From positions 12,262 to 76,261 of the forward strand of contig CALZKB010000002.1 of NCBI GenBank assembly GCA_945787575.1: a DNA stretch of 64,000 nt, in the 5' to 3' direction. Of this stretch, positions 34,452-42,453 are shown one piece after another. A program made the translations under genes and the position numbers. A model generated the notes under the pieces. The model had not been told where the DNA came from. It made no database searches and saw only the letters and a list, made by a program, of their open reading frames with translations. This stretch comes from Thermoanaerobaculia bacterium. Its GTDB lineage: Bacteria; Acidobacteriota; Thermoanaerobaculia; Multivoradales; JAHEKO01. Numbering within the stretch: position 1 is the first letter of the stretch; the number at the start of each line of letters is the position of its first letter.

Positions 34452-35623
34452 GAACGCCACGCAGATCCCTTCGAAGCCGGCTGCTTTTCATGCTCGTGTC
34501 GCTCGTCTGTCTCTCGCCGTTTGCGGCGGGAGCGCTCATCGGTGCCGACGACGACAACGACTCCCTGTTCAAACAGCTGTCGGTGTTGTCCGAGGTGCTG
34601 ACGCTGATCCAGCGCACGTACGTCGACGAGGTGTCGATTCGCCAGCTTCTCGACGGGGCGCTCGAGGGGACCACAGACGGCCTCGACTCGCTGTCCACCT
34701 TCGTGCCCGCCGAGCACGTCGACGCCTACTCGCAGGGCTTAGAGGTGGGCTCGGCCCACAGCGGTATCGCGTTGGCGAAGGACCGCGGGATCGCCTATGC
34801 GGTGGCGGTCGAGAAAGAGAGTCCCGCGGCGGCCGCGGGCGTCATGACCGGAGACGTCATCGCGGCGGTCAACGGCGGCTCGACCCGCAACATGGAGCTC
34901 TGGCGCCTTCAGACTCTTCTCGCCGACGCGGCGGGGACCGAGCTGGACCTGGAGCTTCTGAGGGGAGGGCAGAGCAGGTCCGCTCATCTGGTGCTGGGTC
35001 CATTCGAGCGGTGCGGCGCCTCACTCGAGCGCGAGGAGGCGATTCCCTTGCTCGAGATCCCGCGGTTCGACGAAGCCGCGGTCGGGGAGGTCCGCGACCT
35101 GTTGGCGGGGCTGGCCGATAGCGGAGACGATCGGCTGATCGTCGACCTCAGAGGGGTCGCCGGCGGCGACTCCGAGGCCGCTTATCGAATCGCGGCTCTC
35201 TTGACGAGCGGCAGGTTGGGGATCATGAGCCGGCGCGACCGGGAGTTGAAGAGCTTCTCGAACGACTTGCCCCCGTTGTGGCAGGGCGCGGTCGCACTCC
35301 TCGTGGACGGAGGCACCCAAGGTGCTGCCGAGATCCTCACGGCCGTTTTGAAGCAGTCCGTCGACGCGACCCTGATCGGGTCTTCGACCTTCGGCTTGGC
35401 CGGTCAGCAGGGTCGGATCGACCTGCCCAGCGGTGGTCTCGTCGTTACGATGGAGGCGCTTTTTACCGGGCCCGATGGCAGGCCGATCGACGAGCGACTC
35501 CAGCCGGACGAGCCGGTAAGGCGCTCGTTCGGCGTCGTCGCCGAATCGGAAGACGGGCCGGAAGATCGCGCGCTGCGCCGCGCCGTCGAGATTCTCTCGC
35601 GGTCCCAACGCAAAGTCGCCTGA
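34448..35623 (+). CDS. S41 (C-terminal processing peptidase)-like protein lacking both catalytic residues
   Basis: Signal/TM, PDZ (GIAYAVAVEKESPAAAAGVMTGDVIAAVNG), S41 core LIVDLRGVAGGD. The catalytic block reads LLVDGGTQGAAEIL...GSSTFGLAG, where canonical enzymes have ..SASASE...TFGKG. ATG 34448 overlaps the envC-like stop (ATGA). Confidence 0.75.
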   Translation: MRTPRRSLRSRLLFMLVSLVCLSPFAAGALIGADDDNDSLFKQLSVLSEVLTLIQRTYVDEVSIRQLLDGALEGTTDGLDSLSTFVPAEHVDAYSQGLEVGSAHSGIALAKDRGIAYAVAVEKESPAAAAGVMTGDVIAAVNGGSTRNMELWRLQTLLADAAGTELDLELLRGGQSRSAHLVLGPFERCGASLEREEAIPLLEIPRFDEAAVGEVRDLLAGLADSGDDRLIVDLRGVAGGDSEAAYRIAALLTSGRLGIMSRRDRELKSFSNDLPPLWQGAVALLVDGGTQGAAEILTAVLKQSVDATLIGSSTFGLAGQQGRIDLPSGGLVVTMEALFTGPDGRPIDERLQPDEPVRRSFGVVAESEDGPEDRALRRAVEILSRSQRKVA

Positions 35624-35642
35624 CGGCGGCGAGGCAGGCCTC

Positions 35643-36569
35643 TTGACGAAACGGCGCAAACGGCGACGTTCGAACCGTCTCCGCTGGCTCTGGCTGCCGC
35701 TCGTGGCTCTGCTGTCGCTGGCGGTCGGCTTCTATTGGGGGCGGGGGCGCCCCGAACGAGAAGAGACCGACGTCGTGGGCGACTCGGTGCCCGAACGTCC
35801 GGCCGACAAACGACCGGTCGCTCGACCTGACTCCGCGGTGCCCCCGCTCGTCGCGGTCGAGTCGGTGGCCTTCCCGCCGGTCGCCGAGGGTTCGGCGCGC
35901 ATCGCCCTGGTGATCGACGACCTCGGGCGAAGTCCTGCGGACGTCGCTCGGCTCGGACGCCTGGCGATTCCGTGGACCGCCGCTGTTCTCCCCTTCGAGA
36001 GCCGCACCCGCGAGGTGGTGGCCGCGCTGAAGCAGCAGGGGATCGAGTTTTTGTGCCACCTGCCGATTGAGCCCCGGGACGCGAATCCCTGACCGGGGGC
36101 CCTGCACAGTGAGATGAGTCCGGACGAGCTGGCCAGGGCGAACCGCGCCGCGCTCGATACCGTCCCCGGTGCTTCGGGGGTCAGCAATCACATGGGGTCG
36201 GCGCTGTCGGCCGACCCGCGGGCCATGCTGCAGGTACTCGGGGAGCTGGCGGCACGCGATCTCTTCTTCGTCGACTCGCGCACCAGCGCCGAGAGCGTCG
36301 GCTACCGGCTGGCGCTCGAGCTCGGCCTGCCGGCGGCCGAGAGACAGGTCTTCCTCGACTCGGATCCGGCGGAGGCGGCAGTGTCGGCGCAGTTTCGACG
36401 GCTGTTGGACGAGGCGCGCGAGCGCGGCTCGGCAATCGCCATCGGTCATCCTCACGAGGGCACCTTCGAGATACTCGAGCGCGAAGTGCCGAGGGCGGTG
36501 GCGGCAGGCTACGAGTTCGTGCCGGCGAGCTACCTGCTCGACCGCCGACACCTGAGAGTGGAGCGCTAG
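35643..36569 (+). pseudogene. yibQ: YibQ-like divergent polysaccharide deacetylase interrupted by an in-frame TGA (36090-36092)
   Basis: Track ORFs 35643..36092 and 36114..36569 are in the same frame. Together they reconstitute the family: IALVIDDLG...AVLPF...FLCHLPIEP..[TGA]..MSPDEL...VPGASGVSNHMGS...FFVDSRTS...QVFLDS...AIGHPH. Only the single stop separates them. Confidence 0.65.
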
Positions 36570-36577
36570 CGGCCCGC

Positions 36578-38398
36578 ATGCGGATCTTGGGTCTATCGGC
36601 TTTCTACCACGACTCGGCAGCCTGCCTCGTCGAGGACGGAGTGCTGCGGGCCGCGGCTCAGGAAGAGCGGTTCTCTCGCAAGAAGCACGACTCGAGGTTT
36701 CCGTCGTCGTCGGTCGCCAGCTGCCTGGAAGCGGGCGGGATCACTCCGTCCGAGCTCGACGCGGTGGCCTTCTACGACAAGCCGTGGCTGAAGTTCGAAC
36801 GGCTGCTCGAGACCTACTTGGGCTTCGCGCCGCGCGGGCTTCCCTCCTTCTACAAGTCGATGCCGTTGTGGCTGCGCCAGAAGCTCTGGATGGAGAGCTT
36901 GATCCGTCGCGAGCTCGTCGGCTACGAGGGGAAGATCTACTTTCCCGAGCATCACCAGTCGCATGCCGCCTCGGCGTTCTACCCGTCTCCGTTCGACCGG
37001 GCCGCGGTGCTGACGTGCGACGGCGTGGGCGAGTGGGCGACGGCGTCCTGGGGAGTCGGCTCGGGCAAGGACCTCGAGCTTCGCCAGGAGCTGCATTTTC
37101 CCCACAGTCTAGGGCTGCTCTACTCCGCCTTCACCTACTACACCGGGTTTCGGGTGAATTCGGGCGAGTACAAGATCATGGGTCTCGCTCCCTATGGCCA
37201 ACCGAAGTACGTCGACGAGATACTCGACCATCTCGTCGATTTGCGAGACGACGGTTCCTTCCGGCTCGACATGAGGTACTTCAACTACTGCCAGGGTTTG
37301 ACGATGACCTCGAAGGCGTTCGACGAGCTCTTCGGCGGTCCGCCGCGCAAACCCGAAAGCGACCTCGGTCAGAAGCAGATGGATCTCGCCCGCTCGGTGC
37401 AGGAGGTGACCGAGGAGATCATGATGCGGATGGCGAGGCACGTCCGCCGGGAGACCGGCGAGCGGCGGCTCTGTCTGGCGGGAGGCGTGGCCCTCAACTG
37501 TGTGGCCAACGGCAAGATCCTGCGAGCGGAAGTCTTCGACGATCTCTGGATCCAGCCCGCGGCGGGCGACGCCGGCGGCGCTTTGGGGGCGGCCCTCTTC
37601 GTCTGGCATCAGGTCCGCGGAGAGCCGCGGGTCACCAACGGGACCAGCGACAGCCAGCGAGGATCGTATCTGGGATCCTTCTACTCGACGGACGAGATCG
37701 TCGATTGGCTCGAGGGACGGTCGATTCCTCACCATCGGTCGAGCGCGGCAGAGGTGGTCGAGACGGTGTCGCGCCTGATGGCGGAGGAAAGGGTCGTCGG
37801 GTGGTTCTCGGGTCCGATGGAGTTCGGGCCGCGAGCGCTCGGTGGCCGCAGCATCCTCGGCGATGCGCGCAGTACGAAGATGCAAACGACGATGAACTTG
37901 AAGATCAAGTATCGAGAGTCGTTCCGCCCTTTCGCGCCGGCATGCCTGGCGGAGGACGTCAAGGAGTACTTCGAGCTCGACGGCGCCTCCCCTTACATGC
38001 TGTTGGTGGCGCCCGTCCAAAACGGGCGTCGCCGGGCGATGACCTCGGAGCAAGAGGATCTGTTCGGAATCGCGAAGTTGAACGTACCGCGCTCCGACAT
38101 CCCGGCCGTCACCCATGTGGACTATTCGGCGCGCGTCCAGACTGTCCATCGGGAGACGAACCCCCGCTTTCACGCGCTGCTCGAGGCGTTCAAGCGGCGC
38201 ACCGGCTACGGCGTGGTCGTGAACACCTCTTTCAACGTCCGCGGCGAACCGATCGTCTGCACGCCGCGGGACGCCTATCTCTGCTTCATGCGCACCGAGA
38301 TGGACGTCCTGGTGCTCGAAGACTGCGTCCTCTACAAGGAAGAACAGCCCGACTTTCGGGAAGAGGGGGACTGGCGGGAGCTCTATGCGTTGGACTGA
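36578..38398 (+). CDS. Carbamoyltransferase (NodU/CmcH family)
   Basis: MRILGLSAFYHDSAACLVEDG...AAQEERFSRKKHD, GGVALNCVANG, GPMEFGPRALGGRSILGD, NTSFNVRGEPIV. Confidence 0.9.
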   Translation: MRILGLSAFYHDSAACLVEDGVLRAAAQEERFSRKKHDSRFPSSSVASCLEAGGITPSELDAVAFYDKPWLKFERLLETYLGFAPRGLPSFYKSMPLWLRQKLWMESLIRRELVGYEGKIYFPEHHQSHAASAFYPSPFDRAAVLTCDGVGEWATASWGVGSGKDLELRQELHFPHSLGLLYSAFTYYTGFRVNSGEYKIMGLAPYGQPKYVDEILDHLVDLRDDGSFRLDMRYFNYCQGLTMTSKAFDELFGGPPRKPESDLGQKQMDLARSVQEVTEEIMMRMARHVRRETGERRLCLAGGVALNCVANGKILRAEVFDDLWIQPAAGDAGGALGAALFVWHQVRGEPRVTNGTSDSQRGSYLGSFYSTDEIVDWLEGRSIPHHRSSAAEVVETVSRLMAEERVVGWFSGPMEFGPRALGGRSILGDARSTKMQTTMNLKIKYRESFRPFAPACLAEDVKEYFELDGASPYMLLVAPVQNGRRRAMTSEQEDLFGIAKLNVPRSDIPAVTHVDYSARVQTVHRETNPRFHALLEAFKRRTGYGVVVNTSFNVRGEPIVCTPRDAYLCFMRTEMDVLVLEDCVLYKEEQPDFREEGDWRELYALD

Positions 38399-38410
38399 TC
38401 GGGGGCGGCG

Positions 38411-38788
38411 GTGAACGAGCTGCGCAAGTTCGGGTTCGCGTTCGGCGGCGCTCTCACGCTGCTCGGGAGCCTGCTGCTGTGGCGCGGCCGGCCGCCGGCG
38501 CCGTACGTTCTGGGCGTGGCGGGGGTGGTGATCGCCGCGGCCGCGCTCTACCCGCCACTGCTCCGGCCGCTCGAATGGCTGCTGTCGAGGGTCTTCAGGC
38601 TCGTCACCGGGGCGCTCACCTACGTGATTCTGACTTTAATCTTCCTCTTGGTCCTGACGCCGATCGGCCTCGTCCGGCGAATTCTCGGTAAGGACAACTT
38701 GGGGCTTCGCCCCGACCCCGACAAAGCGAGCTACTGGATACCCGTCGATCCGGACGGTCCGGGCTCGCGTCCCGGCTCGCCGTTCTGA
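38411..38788 (+). CDS. SxtJ-like small membrane protein (commonly paired with carbamoyltransferases)
   Basis: 125 aa with predicted TM segments. LRKFGFAFGGAL...LTPIGLVRRILGKDNLGLR resembles SxtJ-family proteins. It immediately follows the carbamoyltransferase. Confidence 0.5.
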   Translation: MNELRKFGFAFGGALTLLGSLLLWRGRPPAPYVLGVAGVVIAAAALYPPLLRPLEWLLSRVFRLVTGALTYVILTLIFLLVLTPIGLVRRILGKDNLGLRPDPDKASYWIPVDPDGPGSRPGSPF

Positions 38789-38851
38789 TGCGACCGCGGC
38801 CTGGGGGGCACGGCGGTCACCCGCGGGAAGGGTGCGTGTGAGGGAACGGCC

Positions 38852-39955
38852 CTACCCGCTCGGCGTCGCGATGTCCGCGGGCAGCTCGTAGCCGTGTTCG
38901 GCCAACCAACGCCGGAAAGGGTCCTTGTCGATCGCCCTGTCGAGGGCGGAGAGTGGTTCGATCTGGCCTTGCTCGATAAGAGCCCGCAAGGAGCTGTCCA
39001 TGGTGACCATCCCCTGGCTCCTGCCGCTCCGGATGATATCCACGATCTTGTTGGTCTGACCCTCACGAATCGCTGACGAGAGGGCGGGGGACGCGAAGAG
39101 GATCTCGAGAGCCGCGATGCGGCCGCCGCCCACTCTCCGGATCAGCTGTTGCGCGATCACCGCCCGAAGCGCGGTGGCGACCGTCTGGGCGATGCCGTCG
39201 CGTCGATCGGCCGGAAAGGCGGCGAGCATGCGATCCAGCGTCTTGGCCGCGGAGTTGGTGTGCATCGTGCCCAGCACCAGGAGGCCCGCATCCGCCGCCC
39301 GTAGCGCGATGTCGATGACTTCGGCATCGCGCAGCTCGCCGACGAGGATGACGTCGGGATCCTCACGCAGCGCCACCTCGAGTGCGGAGGCGAAACTGCG
39401 CGTGTGAGTGCCGACCTCACGCTGGTGGAGGACCGAGAGATGGTTTTCGTGGACGAACTCGATCGGGTCCTCGACCGTCACGATGTTCGCCGAGCGCTCA
39501 CGGTTGATGAGATCGACGAGAGCCGCGAGAGTGGTGCTCTTACCCGCCCCAGTAGGGCCGGTGACGAGAATGAGTCCGGAATCGAAGCCGGCGGCGAGTC
39601 TCACGCTGTCGGGGAAGCCGAGCTGCTCGAGGGTCACCACTTCAGTGGGAATCATGCGGAAGCTTGCCGAGAGACCTCTCAGTTGGCGGAAGACGTTCGC
39701 TCGGAACCGTGCGACGCCCGGCACCTCGTAGGCGAAGTCGCACTCGCCATTTTCCTCGAGCCGGCGCCATTGGGAGTCACGGCAGATCGGCTGGACGAGG
39801 CTCTTGACTTCCGTCTCGTCGAGGATTCGATAGCGGACGGCGTCGAGCTCGCCGGCGATCCTCATCATCGGCGGCTGGCCGGCGGCGAGGTGCAGGTCGG
39901 ACGCTCCGCGGTCGGCCGCAAGCCTCAGGAAGCGGTCGATTCGGGTCTCACTCAC
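38852..39955 (-). CDS. pilT: Type IV pilus retraction ATPase PilT-family protein
   Basis: GASDLHLAAGQPPMMRI, GPTGAGKSTT (Walker A), VEDPIEFVH (Asp box), DPDVILVGELRD (Walker B), GLLVLGTMHTNSA (His box), SSAIREGQTNKI. GTG 39955 overlaps the upstream stop (GTGA). Confidence 0.85.
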   Translation of the reverse strand: MSETRIDRFLRLAADRGASDLHLAAGQPPMMRIAGELDAVRYRILDETEVKSLVQPICRDSQWRRLEENGECDFAYEVPGVARFRANVFRQLRGLSASFRMIPTEVVTLEQLGFPDSVRLAAGFDSGLILVTGPTGAGKSTTLAALVDLINRERSANIVTVEDPIEFVHENHLSVLHQREVGTHTRSFASALEVALREDPDVILVGELRDAEVIDIALRAADAGLLVLGTMHTNSAAKTLDRMLAAFPADRRDGIAQTVATALRAVIAQQLIRRVGGGRIAALEILFASPALSSAIREGQTNKIVDIIRSGRSQGMVTMDSSLRALIEQGQIEPLSALDRAIDKDPFRRWLAEHGYELPADIATPSG

Positions 39956-42411
39956 GTTGGCGTCACCCCTCGATCGGCGAGCCAGGCCGGATCGCAAAGC
40001 GGTTCGAAGAGAGCCCGCTTGGTGGCCAGATACCAAGCATCTTCGGGCCGAATCGATCGGTCCTCGACCTTCTTCATGAGCGCCTGGTCGAGCGTCCGGT
40101 TCCCGATCTCGCTGCCGAGCTGCATCATGCCGAGGATCTGATGCGTCTCCCCCTTGCGGATGAGATGGCCGATGCTCGGCGTGATCTTGAGGACCTCGAA
40201 GACCCCGATCCGGCCCGGTGGTTTCGCCTTGGGCACGAGTCGCTGGCAGACGACGTACTTCAGCGTCTCCGAAAGGGCCGTTCGGGCTTGATCCTGCTCT
40301 TCCGGCGAGAAGGCGGTCGTCAGTCGGTCGATCGCTTGCACCACCGTCGAGGTGTGGAGGGTGGTGAGCACGAGGTGCCCTGTCTCCGCGGCCTCGAGCG
40401 CCAACCGGATCGTCTTCGGCTGCCGGAGCTCGCCGAGCACGATCACGTCGGGGTCTTCACGCAACGAGGCTCTCAGCCCGTTGGCATAGTTCTCGGTGTG
40501 AGTCCCGATCTGCCGCTGATTGACCAGCGCGAGCTTGGATCGGTGCACGAGCTCGATCGGATCCTCCAGCGTGATGATGTGCACAGCTTTGCGGTCGTTG
40601 ATCCGATTGACGATGGCCGAAAGCGACGAGCTCTTGCCGCTTCCGGTCGGACCACAAAAGACGACGACGCCGTGGTGATAGCTGTCGAGGTCCAAGAGCG
40701 GTTCGGGCATGCCCAACCGCTCCATCGTCGAGGCTCTCTCGGGGATCACCCGGAAGCTCGCGCTCCACCCCTTACGCTGGAGAAAGGCGTTGCCCCGATA
40801 GCGGCCGACCCCTTCGATCTCGTGGGCGAAGTCGAGCTCACCCGCTTGGAGCATGGCCTCCTGCCGTTCGGGGGTGAGGATCGAGAGAATCTGCTCTTTG
40901 GTCTCCTTGCGACCCAGCGGCTTGTCGCTCATCGACTTGAGCTCGCCGTCGAGGCGCATCAGCGGCGGCTCTCCGACCGCGAGGTTGAGGTCGCTGGCAC
41001 CGAGCCGCCGCGCCTCGTAGAGCCGTTGCTCGAGCGGTCGTTCGAAGGAGCGTTCGGCGACGAGCTCGTCGGGATGCTCGGCGTCGAGCCCGAGATCGGA
41101 GATCAGCTGGGAGATCAGCTCGCTCGCGCGTCGCCGCACGGCTAGCGACCCATCGGTGCTCCGGCAGTGACTGAAGACCGGCATCAGTCGCTCGTCTCGG
41201 ATCTGGCTCAACCCCTGGAGAACTTCCAGGCGGACCTCTTCGCGCGGGTCCTTCAGCTTCTCGACCAGCGCCTGGAGGGCGGCCGGCGTGCCCAATCGTC
41301 CCAGCGCGTCGATCGCGGCCCAACGGATCTCGTCGTCGTCGAGAACGGCGATGAGCTCGGGGACCGCACGCTGGTCTTCGAGGTTGGCGAGCGAGTCGCA
41401 AACCGTCACTCGGATCCACCAGTCGTCATCACGGAGCAGCCTGCAGAACGGTTCGACGAGCTCGGGCGACTCGAAGGTCTCGGCCAGGGTCAGGGCATAG
41501 AAACGGGTGCTCGCGTCTCGGTGATCGAGGAGACCGAGGGTTGCGGTCAAGATCGGTTCGCCGCCCTCACTGAGCCCCTTGAGCACGCGGTTGCGCAGCC
41601 ACCCGAGAAGTCCACTGCCGAACTTGAGAGCCTCGGGCACGACTTGCTCGGCCGGTCCGCTGGCGAAGAGAACCTGGCTAGCCGCCCTGCGAACCGCCCG
41701 GTCGCGATGGGTGAGCCCTTGGAGCATCGCCTTGCGCACGAGCTCCGGAGCGGCCTTCGCCTCGCGCTTGAGGTAGTCGCTGGCGATGGCTCGCGCTCGC
41801 TGATCGCCGGTCGCGAAGCGTGCCAACATGAGCTCGAGTACGTCATCGCCACGCACCTCGGACAGCGCTTGAAGAGCCCGACTGGCGAGCCGGTCGTCGT
41901 GGGCATCGCACAACTTGAGCAGCAACGGCCGGAGTTCCTCGGACTTCCTCTGCTCGAGCATCATGCCGAGCGCCTTCAACTGCATCGCCGGCGGCGCCGC
42001 GACGACCGCCTTGCGCAGATAGAAGTAGCGCAGGGGGTCGATTAGCTCGATGGCGGTGTCCCAACCGAGCCGGCGCTCCGCCGGTTCGCGTGAACGAAGC
42101 AACTCGTCGATCACCGCTCTCACGAACTCGCCCGATGTCGCGTGAAGAGTCTCGGTCAGGCGCTGCCGGATCGCCGGCCGCGCCTCGGGCAGCTTGCCGA
42201 TCAGCTCGCGGACGGCGCGCACGTTGGTGCGAGCGGCGAAGAAGCGTTGCCCCGCGGCCGCTACTTCGTCGTCGCCATGGATGGCGAGCTTCAGGGCGTC
42301 GGCTGGGGAAAGCGGCTTCCCGATCAGGTGCGCCAACAGCGAATCGCGTTCCTGGTCGGTACTCCACTCCGAGCTGACGAGGCGCGCGAGCGTGGCGTGG
42401 GCTGCGGTCAC
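39952..42411 (-). CDS. HEAT-repeat domain (~450 aa) fused to a complete PilT-like ATPase
   Basis: The N-terminal half has PBS-lyase/HEAT-like repeats (LLRDDDWWIRVTVCDSLANLEDQRAVPELIAVLDDDEIRWAAIDALGRLGTPAALQALVEKLKDPREEVRLEVLQGL). The C-terminal 365 aa form a full PilT: GASDLNLAVGEPPLMRL, GPTGSGKSSS, LEDPIELVH, DPDVIVLGELR, GHLVLTTLHTS, GHLIRKGETHQI. Confidence 0.8.
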   Translation of the reverse strand: MTAAHATLARLVSSEWSTDQERDSLLAHLIGKPLSPADALKLAIHGDDEVAAAGQRFFAARTNVRAVRELIGKLPEARPAIRQRLTETLHATSGEFVRAVIDELLRSREPAERRLGWDTAIELIDPLRYFYLRKAVVAAPPAMQLKALGMMLEQRKSEELRPLLLKLCDAHDDRLASRALQALSEVRGDDVLELMLARFATGDQRARAIASDYLKREAKAAPELVRKAMLQGLTHRDRAVRRAASQVLFASGPAEQVVPEALKFGSGLLGWLRNRVLKGLSEGGEPILTATLGLLDHRDASTRFYALTLAETFESPELVEPFCRLLRDDDWWIRVTVCDSLANLEDQRAVPELIAVLDDDEIRWAAIDALGRLGTPAALQALVEKLKDPREEVRLEVLQGLSQIRDERLMPVFSHCRSTDGSLAVRRRASELISQLISDLGLDAEHPDELVAERSFERPLEQRLYEARRLGASDLNLAVGEPPLMRLDGELKSMSDKPLGRKETKEQILSILTPERQEAMLQAGELDFAHEIEGVGRYRGNAFLQRKGWSASFRVIPERASTMERLGMPEPLLDLDSYHHGVVVFCGPTGSGKSSSLSAIVNRINDRKAVHIITLEDPIELVHRSKLALVNQRQIGTHTENYANGLRASLREDPDVIVLGELRQPKTIRLALEAAETGHLVLTTLHTSTVVQAIDRLTTAFSPEEQDQARTALSETLKYVVCQRLVPKAKPPGRIGVFEVLKITPSIGHLIRKGETHQILGMMQLGSEIGNRTLDQALMKKVEDRSIRPEDAWYLATKRALFEPLCDPAWLADRGVTPT

Positions 42412-42453
42412 GACGAGCGAGATTACCAGGTCGCCGGGTCTCGGTGGACCACG

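Noticed and set aside
36072-36098. In-frame TGA in the yibQ-like gene as a selenocysteine codon
   Set aside because: The only local hairpin places the UGA in its loop rather than upstream of a SECIS-type stem-loop. The family is not known to use Sec, and no sel genes are in the window. Pseudogene, split gene or sequencing error is more parsimonious.
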